In this document: piece after piece, positions 49,779 to 57,653 of the stretch
Numbering within the stretch: the stretch's first letter is position 1
Layout of the letters: each line of letters starts with the position of its first letter
Source: a virus
Lineage: Duplodnaviria > Caudoviricetes
Direction: 5' to 3' (one strand)
Length of the DNA stretch: 59,049 nt
IMG/VR virus record: IMGVR_UViG_3300027808_000032
Coordinates: 1 to 59,049 of that record
Translations under genes and position numbers: made by a program
The notes under the pieces: model-generated
Seen by the model: only the letters and a program-made list of their open reading frames with translations
Told to the model about the DNA's origin: nothing
Database searches by the model: none

Positions 49779-50081
49779 TTAGAACGGAAGTGCATCTCCA
49801 TCCACATCAGGAGAATGAACAGGGTCATTTGCAGGTGCAGGTGCTGACCGAGTTGTTGCTTGGTCTCCACCCTTCGGTTGCCACGTGTCGAGCTCGACAT
49901 AGTAGTTGCCGCTGCGTGCTTGCTTAATCTGAAGGTTCACCCATCCCTTCCGCTCATTGTCCCTCATGAATTGAATGGCCTCATCGACCTTCATGGATAG
50001 GCTTCCAACAACGAAGTTGGGTGATGACTCTTGACGCTTAAATGAAAAGCCGTCCGCGAAAACTTTTTCTTGTTCGCTCAT
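49779..50081 (-). CDS. Probable single-stranded DNA-binding protein
   Basis: OB-fold-like sequence with C-terminal DGDALPF tail. Confidence 0.7.
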   Translation of the reverse strand: MSEQEKVFADGFSFKRQESSPNFVVGSLSMKVDEAIQFMRDNERKGWVNLQIKQARSGNYYVELDTWQPKGGDQATTRSAPAPANDPVHSPDVDGDALPF

Positions 50082-50170
50082 AAAAAAATGGTATTTGTTT
50101 TCCCCTCAGATAAATTTTAATTGTTCTCCTCTCTTGGGCCCGAGGGGTTCGCCCAATTGATTTGATTTTT

Positions 50171-50190
50171 GCGTCTCCTCCAAGAGACTC
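50171..50190 (+). repeat. 20-bp quasi-palindrome, copy 5 (variant spacer)
   Basis: GCGTCTC-CTCCAA-GAGACTC. Confidence 0.7.
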
Positions 50191-50937
50191 TTAGAGCAGC
50201 TCCATTTCAATGTAGTGGTTGTCCACACTATCGAATGCTATCGGCCCGAAGTATCTGTTGTAGACCTCTATGGCCTGCTCAACCTTATGCTTTCCGAACA
50301 TAAGGAACTCCTCTGTTGGCCGGAACACACCGAGCTGTGCTGTCTCCTTGTCAATGACGTAGAACACCAATGGCTTACCGAATAGCTGTCCGTAGAGCCA
50401 AGCCTGAGAGTCGTAGTTGTACGCTCTTGCAGAGTACTTGAATCGGTGGATGTCTCCGGTGGTCTTTAGGTCAATGAGAATGTGCTCAGAGACAATGTCT
50501 GCCTTGCCCTTCCAAAGTTGACCAAGAACATCCTTCACCTCCGGAACTTCGAACTTATTCCCGGGCCGATAGATTTCATCGTAGAAGTGGATGTTGGATT
50601 TCATGACCGACACAAGGTGCTCGATGTTCTCCTTCTCATGCTGAAGAAGTGCTATCTCAAGTCCGCTCTCTGCGATGAACTGCTTGTAGATGTTGGTGTT
50701 CCTTGTGGATGCATCAACAAATGGAACTGACTCAGCCTTGTCAGGCTCAATGAGTAGCTGATGAAAGTATCTGCCCTCCAACAAAGCCTTGGAGTCCTCG
50801 CGACGCTTGCGGTAGTCCTTCGGGTTGGCGAGAAGAACTCCTATGTCGGAGTTCGACAGGAATTTCCTGCCGAACTCTCCATAGTAGTCAGAATCATCTT
50901 GGAGTCTTTGGATGATTTGATTTTTGTTCTTCATCAC
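50191..50937 (-). CDS. PD-(D/E)xK exonuclease (RecE/DUF3799-like)
   Basis: LSNSD..G..FH..LIEP; KGKAD..IDLKTT..Y.YD.QA.LY. Confidence 0.85.
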   Translation of the reverse strand: MMKNKNQIIQRLQDDSDYYGEFGRKFLSNSDIGVLLANPKDYRKRREDSKALLEGRYFHQLLIEPDKAESVPFVDASTRNTNIYKQFIAESGLEIALLQHEKENIEHLVSVMKSNIHFYDEIYRPGNKFEVPEVKDVLGQLWKGKADIVSEHILIDLKTTGDIHRFKYSARAYNYDSQAWLYGQLFGKPLVFYVIDKETAQLGVFRPTEEFLMFGKHKVEQAIEVYNRYFGPIAFDSVDNHYIEMELL

Positions 50938-51566
50938 AATAGCTCCTTGATTTTGTTTGCAACGGCCGGAGCAATGGTGTACTTCCGCTTCAACTGAGCC
51001 ACAATCTTATCGTATCCCGACTCCTTGTTGGCATTGACGTAGGACAAAACTCGCTCCCAATTCTCTGTGCCGGTCTTCAGTGACTCAAGGGCAGCAGCAC
51101 CACCTGTTGGGGTTGATTGGACATTTGAAGAGGTGCGTGGGTTGCCCATGGTCGGGGCAGCAGCCGGCTCACCGGGGATGTCCTCTCCGCTCCATAGTTG
51201 GATGCCGAGTCCATGCATGGCAATTGCCTTGGCTGTTGAACGCTGAATGGACTTGTTAACATCGGTTGCGGTAATCTTATCAACGAGGATAGGATTGTTC
51301 CGAAAGTCCATGATTGGCAAGTAGTCGATGTGCTCAAGTCCATTAATGGTGATTCCCACCTTGACGTATCCTGTTCTGCCATCGGTGAAGAAGTTCATCC
51401 CTGTTGAGGGGTCTTCATACACGTTCCGATTTGCATTCGGATAGCTTGACTTTAGCATAGACCATGCCCATGCCCATGAGAGGTAGTCCAATCCACCTTT
51501 GTTCTCGATTTTGTCCCTGAAAGGAACGCTGTTTAAGGTCTCGAAGACCGATTTGGTTGTTTCCAT
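50934..51566 (-). CDS. Single-strand annealing protein (Sak3/DUF1071)
   Basis: LDYLSWAWAW..LPIMDFRN..DVNKSIQR..KAIAMHGLG.QLW.GED. Confidence 0.85.
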   Translation of the reverse strand: METTKSVFETLNSVPFRDKIENKGGLDYLSWAWAWSMLKSSYPNANRNVYEDPSTGMNFFTDGRTGYVKVGITINGLEHIDYLPIMDFRNNPILVDKITATDVNKSIQRSTAKAIAMHGLGIQLWSGEDIPGEPAAAPTMGNPRTSSNVQSTPTGGAAALESLKTGTENWERVLSYVNANKESGYDKIVAQLKRKYTIAPAVANKIKELL

Positions 51567-51578
51567 ATGAATGGTTTG

Positions 51579-51878
51579 TTAAATGGTTACTGAATTGATT
51601 ACGTCATCTAAGAAAGAACGGAACTCTTTTTGGTGCGATGACTTTGACACCTTGTTGATTCCATGGATGATTGTTGTGTGAGCCACGTTTATGCCTGCGT
51701 ATTGCATTAGCATTACCTTTATGTCGCACACTCGGAGTCCTTTCCTTTTACACAGATAGAAGATTGTTTGTCGAGCATCTGATGAGTACCTGCTTCTGCT
51801 GTTGACCAAATCGTCTTGGCTCAGTTCGTACATCTCTTTTACACGCTCAACGATTGACTTTAAAACCTTTGAGTTCAT
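51579..51878 (-). CDS. DnaA domain IV-like HTH protein
   Basis: SRSR..DARQ.IFYLC..HTTIIHG. Confidence 0.65.
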   Translation of the reverse strand: MNSKVLKSIVERVKEMYELSQDDLVNSRSRYSSDARQTIFYLCKRKGLRVCDIKVMLMQYAGINVAHTTIIHGINKVSKSSHQKEFRSFLDDVINSVTI

Positions 51879-51959
51879 TTGATTTTATAGATTGTGCGGA
51901 TATCAAAGGGCGTATCCGCTTCGCCACCAAAGATAGGCAATATGGTGGTAATCACCAAA

Positions 51960-52331
51960 TTATCCGTAAACTATTTCACCGAGAATCATGTACTGAAAAA
52001 CAACGTCGGCCTCTTCTGCATCGCAGTATCCATTTACAATGTTGTGCATTGAGATGTTGGCGTACTGCATAAATTTTGATAAGTTTTTCATCGCAATGCT
52101 CTTACAAAGAAGTCCTATTTTTTCTGTTGGCTCTTCTGCATCAATTACTTCGAGGAAATTGCCATCACAGAAGTTCCGATAGACTCTAATTGAGAATGGG
52201 ACATCAGGATATTTTGTCTTCAGGGTTTCATAGGTTGTTTCACTGACATCAAACCAATGGTTTGAACCACCTTCAATTGCTGTAACAAAGATAGACTCAA
52301 GGTCTATTTCTAATTCGATTGTTGCTTTCAT
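51960..52331 (-). CDS. Hypothetical protein
   Basis: TAIEGGSNHW..DA..AD..FQ..GEIVYG conserved-looking ORF. Confidence 0.75.
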   Translation of the reverse strand: MKATIELEIDLESIFVTAIEGGSNHWFDVSETTYETLKTKYPDVPFSIRVYRNFCDGNFLEVIDAEEPTEKIGLLCKSIAMKNLSKFMQYANISMHNIVNGYCDAEEADVVFQYMILGEIVYG

Positions 52332-52358
52332 GTTATGTGTATTTGATTAATTGTTAAA

Positions 52359-52414
52359 CAAAGTTTGCAATAAACTTTGACATATGCAAATGCCAAATGT
52401 TAATTAAATGTTAA
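52359..52414 (-). promoter_or_regulatory. Probable promoter with upstream TTAACA pair
   Basis: Near-consensus -7 (AAACTTTG), 20-nt spacer, TTTG; block shared with 57539-57604. Confidence 0.5.
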
Positions 52415-52687
52415 TATTTCAAAAAAGATTATTTTCTACCCTGAACTCCGTTGAATTTACTCATGGTATTTGTTTTTAATTGTTAATTCGTACCCTATCG
52501 GTAGTTGGATGCTTGGTTTCTAATGCAGCCGTACCCTATCGGGGGCTGTTTGGATTGTGCATTGGTTTGCCCCATTTATTGCCAATATTTGGGACGATAA
52601 TCGAGATAAAACCGATTACGATAACATAACGTAACAACTTGTCGTAAAAGGGATAAAACGCTTTGTTTTTGCGTCTTTAATGACAAG

Positions 52688-52716
52688 TTAGTAGTCAGGA
52701 CAGGACTCGAACCTGT
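52688..52716 (-). ncRNA. tRNA 3'-half-like element (T-arm plus 3' acceptor strand only)
   Basis: ACAGG-TTCGAGT-CCTGT-CCTGACT-ACTAA on - strand; 5' half replaced by AT-rich sequence. Confidence 0.5.
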
Positions 52717-52745
52717 AAAGATATTAAATATAAATTAAATTACAA

Positions 52746-53228
52746 CTATAGATGATATTTAACCTTCATCCAATATGACTCAGTTGATACCTTAGACATC
52801 CCCCTAGGGCCTCCGTTCCAACACCGAGCAATTGACTCGTAGTCCAAGTCCTTGTGGTGCTTCTCCACAATCACCATCAGCATATCCACAGACTTGTCGC
52901 AGTCCCACCTGTCATTCATGGTGTATAATTCAGAACCTAAAAGCCTGTTGACCTCCCTGACCATGATTGGTCTTATCTGCAAGCAGCCAACTGCATCCTC
53001 CCTTCCATTGTATGCACAATCGTTGCCTCTGCTCTCAACCTGAATCATGCTCGCAACCAAGCTATTCAAAGAGTCCGCAATCCATCTCGTTTCTGCATCA
53101 GTCATCATTGTAGAGTCTCTTGTCGGAGACTCTAAGTTGATTTGATTGTCGATGCAAGTGCTAGGAATCACAACGAATCCCAAGTAGCTGCCAATAATTG
53201 CGGCAATGATAAAAGAAATTGTCTTCAT
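52746..53228 (-). CDS. Lysozyme-like protein (SLT / i-type destabilase-like) with N-terminal signal or TM segment
   Basis: MIQVES.G..A.GCLQIRP..ARCWNGGP.G..T..YW.KV. Confidence 0.75.
   Translation of the reverse strand: MKTISFIIAAIIGSYLGFVVIPSTCIDNQINLESPTRDSTMMTDAETRWIADSLNSLVASMIQVESRGNDCAYNGREDAVGCLQIRPIMVREVNRLLGSELYTMNDRWDCDKSVDMLMVIVEKHHKDLDYESIARCWNGGPRGMSKVSTESYWMKVKYHL
53113..53132 (-). repeat. 20-bp quasi-palindrome, copy 6 (intragenic)
   Basis: GAGTCTC-TTGTCG-GAGACTC on + strand. Confidence 0.85.
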
Positions 53229-53246
53229 GTCAATTGGTATAAAAGG

Positions 53247-53450
53247 TTAATAGGATGAAAGAACCTCTACAATGGTGGTTACTCTCTGAACTAACTGCTT
53301 CCTTTCCCTCCAATAAGGATGGGGAGAATTGACGTACTCAGATTCGATAACTGCACGAGCCTCAGCCTCAGTTTCAAATGTCTCTGAATGATACATAGGA
53401 TGCAATGCATCTACGATTTGATAACGAACAGATTTACTTGGGGTGTTCAT
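53247..53450 (-). CDS. Hypothetical early protein
   Basis: 67 aa, overlap-coupled. Confidence 0.6.
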   Translation of the reverse strand: MNTPSKSVRYQIVDALHPMYHSETFETEAEARAVIESEYVNSPHPYWRERKQLVQRVTTIVEVLSSY

Positions 53451-53710
53451 GGTCTTGTGAATTTAATGGTTAATGAATTGGTGCTTGAGCCAACAAGTAT
53501 GGCTACATCTGATGATGGGTGAGTCTCGTGATAAAGGTCATACGTCCTGACCTTCTGCTCCAAGTCCATGGAATGCCAAAGCCGAAGGATGCTGCCCATA
53601 CCCATACTCTCATCTAAGTCCAAGATGTCTCGCTTGTCAGCCATGCTCAGGCTGAAGAACCACCTGTCAATTTGACCTATCAGTGGCTCAATTACGTTAC
53701 GAAAAATCAT
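53447..53710 (-). CDS. Hypothetical early protein
   Basis: 87 aa, overlap-coupled. Confidence 0.6.
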   Translation of the reverse strand: MIFRNVIEPLIGQIDRWFFSLSMADKRDILDLDESMGMGSILRLWHSMDLEQKVRTYDLYHETHPSSDVAILVGSSTNSLTIKFTRP

Positions 53711-54212
53711 GGCTCATCAATACTAAATGTCCATTGTAATCCTGACCTCTGTTGAGAACCCAAGAGTACTCGACAATAGAGATGTTTTCTGTGTCCGTCA
53801 GACACAAAAAGTCAATGGCACGTTTCAATGCCTCATAGCGAACTAGTGCGTCATAAAAGTTGTTGAACACCTCATACACGTCATTGTCTGCGAAGATGTA
53901 GTAGTAGTGGATGATGTCTGACTCATCATCCAAGTGAAAAATGTTCGACCAATCGGCCAAGTCCTGCTCTGTTAATGGATAGTAGGACTTCCTTCCATAT
54001 AGGCCACAGATAGCATTCCAAAACTTCCGACCTTCATCAGATGCTGACCATGGGAATCCGCCAAAAAGGATTTGGTTGCCTCCAATCCACCGAGGATTGT
54101 CTTCATTGAGCCAATCTAACCCTGCTTGCACTCCCCTCCATTTTAATGTGTTTCGGACAAATGACTCAGCAATTGTCTCTTCTAGCTGCGAAATAAAATC
54201 AATCGGTCTCAT
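53697..54212 (-). CDS. Hypothetical early protein
   Basis: 171 aa; F.W..S.EG.KFW motif. Confidence 0.65.
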   Translation of the reverse strand: MRPIDFISQLEETIAESFVRNTLKWRGVQAGLDWLNEDNPRWIGGNQILFGGFPWSASDEGRKFWNAICGLYGRKSYYPLTEQDLADWSNIFHLDDESDIIHYYYIFADNDVYEVFNNFYDALVRYEALKRAIDFLCLTDTENISIVEYSWVLNRGQDYNGHLVLMSHDFS

Positions 54213-54445
54213 AGGTTTCTAATTATGTTTTGAATTTGAATGAATGAAAGGTTTACCTCATCTTCCGATAAGTAGTAGGCAATGCCCATGTCTATGCTGT
54301 AGGCTTCGTCAGAAACGAATGCTCCACTTCGATTCATAAGAGCATCAGCAAGAGCCACAACGGACAAGTGATACTCAATGCCATCTACGTAGACCAAGTA
54401 CAGGGGATAGGCTTTGCCTCTGAAAATAATTTTCTCTGTGGTCAT
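54209..54445 (-). CDS. Hypothetical early protein
   Basis: 78 aa, ATGA overlaps at both ends. Confidence 0.65.
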   Translation of the reverse strand: MTTEKIIFRGKAYPLYLVYVDGIEYHLSVVALADALMNRSGAFVSDEAYSIDMGIAYYLSEDEVNLSFIQIQNIIRNL

Positions 54446-54936
54446 GATTGTTTATTGAAGTGATTGTTAAAGATTTCTTCTGCAATGTAGTTCCCCGAAT
54501 TAAGGTGTCCGCGAAGAACCCGAATCGAACTGACTACCCTATCACCAACAATCTTGTCGGCTGTGTCTGTGAATATCATGCGATTCGCAAAATGTAGGAT
54601 TCGCAAGGTCTCTTCGTTGTGGTCTGTGCAGTCCCATCTTCCATTGTCTATGTAGTAGATAGGCTCAGAAACGTATCCACAGACCTCAACAAATGCTCCA
54701 TGCAAGCTGCATTCCAATGGCTCGTATCCTCCGAAGGAGTAGTCTCTGCCATCAAAGATAAACTTGAATCCGCGACCTACAACACCCATGGCAGGTAAGG
54801 AATCCTCGTGAGACCATTCATCACCATTGATGTTTACTTTGAAAATCGGAAGGATGTCCCGACCATCTTCTGCGTCAGCCAACACTAAGGATTGGTAGTT
54901 AGACTCGATGCTGTGCTCAATTACTAGCTTTCTCAT
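54442..54936 (-). CDS. Hypothetical early protein
   Basis: 164 aa, immediately downstream of a tRNA-like element. Confidence 0.65.
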   Translation of the reverse strand: MRKLVIEHSIESNYQSLVLADAEDGRDILPIFKVNINGDEWSHEDSLPAMGVVGRGFKFIFDGRDYSFGGYEPLECSLHGAFVEVCGYVSEPIYYIDNGRWDCTDHNEETLRILHFANRMIFTDTADKIVGDRVVSSIRVLRGHLNSGNYIAEEIFNNHFNKQS

Positions 54937-54956
54937 TTTGATTTGGTATTAAAAGT

Positions 54957-55043
54957 TAGTGTGGCTTTCGGACTCGAACCGAAGGAAGAGTCTCTTCTCG
55001 GAGACTCAAATTGCTGCTAAGCATTCCGACCATCAACCACTAG
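54957..55043 (-). ncRNA. tRNA-like element C (contains palindrome copy 7 at 54988-55007)
   Basis: GTGGTT-gatggtc-..hairpin..-TTCGG-TTCGAGT-CCGAA-AGCCAC-ACTA. Confidence 0.65.
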
Positions 55044-55124
55044 ACAAAGGTTGGGAATGTATGGGACATTAGCAATAGCTAAATGCCCCATAATTCTTAA
55101 GAATTGTTAATTAACAGCTCCGTT

Positions 55125-55520
55125 TCAGTCTTGAGACCTTTCCCATACTTCATGGCCTATCCGCTCATTTATCTGCTCCATTGTCAAACCATTTTCAAGA
55201 ACTGAAGACAAAATGTCTTGGCATTCATCATCGGGAATGGTTGTGTCGAAGCACTTAACATCATCAACATGCCAAAGATTCCGAGTAAAATAGCCGTTAT
55301 CATCCAACACATTTTTTGCTTCGTCTATGGATATGTGTCCAACCTCAATACCAATGTCTAGGCCATTACCTAGAGCCTCGTTAAGGTCTTCAAAGGTTTC
55401 GATTAGAGCCTCGCTGTCATCATCGTATAGGGTGTAGAGCTCAAACAATTCAGAGCTAAAGATTTCTTTTGCTTTGTCGGTTACAACCAACCAAACAAAG
55501 CCATTTACATTTTTTGTCAT
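55125..55520 (-). CDS. Acidic hypothetical early protein
   Basis: 131 aa D/E-rich with conserved early leader. Confidence 0.7.
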   Translation of the reverse strand: MTKNVNGFVWLVVTDKAKEIFSSELFELYTLYDDDSEALIETFEDLNEALGNGLDIGIEVGHISIDEAKNVLDDNGYFTRNLWHVDDVKCFDTTIPDDECQDILSSVLENGLTMEQINERIGHEVWERSQD

Positions 55521-55831
55521 AATTGATAGGTGTTTAATGGTTATTGTAATTAAATTGAAATGGTTTCGATGTCTTCAGCAGAGGGAATAAAGCTAATGTG
55601 AGCATTCGGATAGCGCTTCCAAAGAGCTTCGACCAATGACTCATTGTCATACTCTTCGTATCCATCTCGCTCTTGGTTGACCAATGGATTGATTACTTCG
55701 ATAATGTCCTGCTCGCTCAGGTCTGTCAAAAGATAGAAGTTTTCTTCTTCGAATGCTGTGGTGTTGATTCTGAAAATGTTCATAATTGATAGGTGTTTAA
55801 TGGTTATTGTAATTAAATTGAAATGGTTTCG
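55517..55831. repeat. 52-bp perfect direct repeat (55517-55568 and 55780-55831)
   Basis: TCATAATTGATAGGTGTTTAATGGTTATTGTAATTAAATTGAAATGGTTTCG occurs twice. Confidence 0.9.
55550..55783 (-). CDS. Acidic hypothetical early protein
   Basis: 77 aa between the 52-bp repeats. Confidence 0.7.
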   Translation of the reverse strand: MNIFRINTTAFEEENFYLLTDLSEQDIIEVINPLVNQERDGYEEYDNESLVEALWKRYPNAHISFIPSAEDIETISI

Positions 55832-55853
55832 GTGTTTCTAAGATATTAAGTGA

Positions 55854-56423
55854 TTATTCTTTTTCGTAAATTGCCTCGCCATTGGAGAATCTGCCGACAC
55901 ACCTTAGTGCTGCACTGCTATGCTCCCGAAATACCTTCTCGGTTTCTTCAGCAAGACTAGACATCATGTCGACGATTCTCTGCCTGATTAGGGATGCCAA
56001 TAGGTCAAGAACATCCGAATCGGTCTCGCCTGATACGGCATACGAATTCCTGTCCAATAACTCCTTGATGTAGTCTTCATCGGGAACGGATTGTATGTCC
56101 AATTCACCATATCCATCCAAGGAATAGCCAATCTCCCAATCTAAATTAGCATCCGAATAGTAACCTGACCGAATGCAAGTTTTAATGTGGACATCAAAGT
56201 CAATTGGCTTCCCATTCTCAGGATTCCAAACGCATCCGTTTATAAACTTCTCGGTCATGTATCGGCCATCGTACTTGTCCCATGACTCTCTCGTAGATTC
56301 ATGGCCAATATCGATAAGGGATGCAGTCAAATTGGCAGCAGCATCATCGAAATCAAATTCTTCTTGAATCGGAATGACAAAGACTCTGCTTGCATTGTTG
56401 GTGATAAAATTAGATGTAGCCAT
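55854..56423 (-). CDS. Acidic hypothetical early protein
   Basis: MATSNF..RSGYY..ANLD..RFSNGEAIYE. Confidence 0.75.
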   Translation of the reverse strand: MATSNFITNNASRVFVIPIQEEFDFDDAAANLTASLIDIGHESTRESWDKYDGRYMTEKFINGCVWNPENGKPIDFDVHIKTCIRSGYYSDANLDWEIGYSLDGYGELDIQSVPDEDYIKELLDRNSYAVSGETDSDVLDLLASLIRQRIVDMMSSLAEETEKVFREHSSAALRCVGRFSNGEAIYEKE

Positions 56424-56461
56424 AGCTGATAAGTGATTAAATGGTTAATGATTAAAAAAGT

Positions 56462-56528
56462 TAGCTGTGGCATCGGAATCGAACCGATTTTGAGTCTCCG
56501 AGAAGAGACGCAAACACCATGGCCACAA
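56462..56528 (-). ncRNA. tRNA-like element B (contains palindrome copy 8 at 56492-56511)
   Basis: TTGTGGC-catggtg-hairpin-ATCGG-TTCGATT-CCGAT-GCCACAG-CTA. Confidence 0.7.
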
Positions 56529-56542
56529 TACCAATGAGCATC

Positions 56543-56935
56543 TTATCCCTGAGAAGGGAATTTGAAGTACTGAAGGTCAAACGGATGTCTTTCGCCATCC
56601 CAACCATCCACATACACAAGATGTCCTTCCCATGTTTCATCTACCTGATAAGCAAATGATATGGCATCCTGCGTAGTGTAGGCAATTAAGGAAGACATGA
56701 ATCTAATGACATTCAAGTTAAAAGCAATGGTTTTCGGGGATGTGCTGCTGATAAAGGTAAGCACAAAGGTCTCTTCAGGTTTGCCATCCCATTCGCCTAA
56801 GTGCGTCTCTACCTTTGCATCCGACAGGCCAAAAATACTTCCTGCCAATTCCATTACTCTGCTGAATTCAGCATTCGAAAATGCTCCAAAGGGATTGTTC
56901 TCCTTCCCGATGTTAAAAATTACACGATTGCTCAT
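56543..56935 (-). CDS. Hypothetical early protein
   Basis: 130 aa with conserved early leader. Confidence 0.7.
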   Translation of the reverse strand: MSNRVIFNIGKENNPFGAFSNAEFSRVMELAGSIFGLSDAKVETHLGEWDGKPEETFVLTFISSTSPKTIAFNLNVIRFMSSLIAYTTQDAISFAYQVDETWEGHLVYVDGWDGERHPFDLQYFKFPSQG

Positions 56936-56955
56936 AACTGATAGGTATTAAATGA

Positions 56956-57231
56956 TTATGGAAATGAGTCATACTCTACAAGACTCGCCAAAACACTGAC
57001 ATCTCCTGAGAATCTTTGAACGTAATCAAATAGGTTCTCAAGACGATATCCATCGGCATCAATCTCTACATGAGAGACACGTATTACATACACGTCATTC
57101 CTTGAAATGTCCAATGGAATAGAACTTGAGACACCTTTGAATCTGCCAATGAAACTAGCAAATTCCTGTGCTGTCATGTGAGATTGGTGATTACCATCTC
57201 TGTCAATTAAAAAAACTATTTCTCGCTTCAT
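56956..57231 (-). CDS. Hypothetical early protein
   Basis: 91 aa, downstream of tRNA-like element A. Confidence 0.65.
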   Translation of the reverse strand: MKREIVFLIDRDGNHQSHMTAQEFASFIGRFKGVSSSIPLDISRNDVYVIRVSHVEIDADGYRLENLFDYVQRFSGDVSVLASLVEYDSFP

Positions 57232-57262
57232 GGCTGATAAGTGATTAAGTGATTAAAAAAGT

Positions 57263-57328
57263 TAGCAGCAGCATTGGAGTCGAACCAATTTAGAGTCTCC
57301 GAGAAGAGACTATAAGACCTTCACTGCT
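57263..57328 (-). ncRNA. tRNA-like element A (contains palindrome copy 9 at 57293-57312)
   Basis: AGCAGT-gaaggtc-hairpin-ATTGG-TTCGACT-CCAAT-GCTGCT-GCTA. Confidence 0.7.
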
Positions 57329-57329
57329 T

Positions 57330-57349
57330 GCGTCTCCGACAAGAGACTC
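57330..57349 (+). repeat. 20-bp quasi-palindrome, copy 10
   Basis: GCGTCTC-CGACAA-GAGACTC. Confidence 0.85.
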
Positions 57350-57498
57350 TAGGCAAGAAAATGCAGCATTAGAAAGCTATAGGCAAAGCCTGTCAGAATG
57401 ACTCCCATGCCTATAAGGTAGGATTGGATTGTTGACCTGCGATTCTCAGCGCGGAGTCTAGCTTGCTCGCGCTCGATGTCAAAAAATTGATTGCTCAT
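57349..57498 (-). CDS. Small membrane protein (49 aa)
   Basis: MSNQFF.. with C-terminal TM helix; ATG at 57498 has the early leader. Confidence 0.6.
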   Translation of the reverse strand: MSNQFFDIEREQARLRAENRRSTIQSYLIGMGVILTGFAYSFLMLHFLA

Positions 57499-57538
57499 GG
57501 TGAATTGAATTAAATGGTTAACGATTAAAAGGTATACA

Positions 57539-57604
57539 CAAAAGTACTTCAGAACTTCGACATATGCAACAGGCAAAGATGCCGATTTTGTTAAAGAATG
57601 TTAA
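57539..57604 (-). promoter_or_regulatory. Early promoter (-7 TACTTTTG, -33 TTG, 20-nt spacer) with upstream TTAACA pair
   Basis: Matches the Bacteroidota housekeeping promoter consensus. Confidence 0.7.
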
Positions 57605-57613
57605 AAGATAGCA

Positions 57614-57633
57614 GAGTCTCCGATAAGAGACTC
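57614..57633 (+). repeat. 20-bp quasi-palindrome, copy 11
   Basis: GAGTCTC-CGATAA-GAGACTC. Confidence 0.85.
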
Positions 57634-57653
57634 CGCATACCTTCCCACATTCA

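Noticed and set aside
52489-52542. Mini-CRISPR (13-bp repeats, 28-nt spacer)
   Set aside because: The repeats are too short and there are only two.
54957-57328. Functional tRNA genes
   Set aside because: There is no D-arm, no 7-nt anticodon loop and no CCA, so they are reported as tRNA-like elements only.
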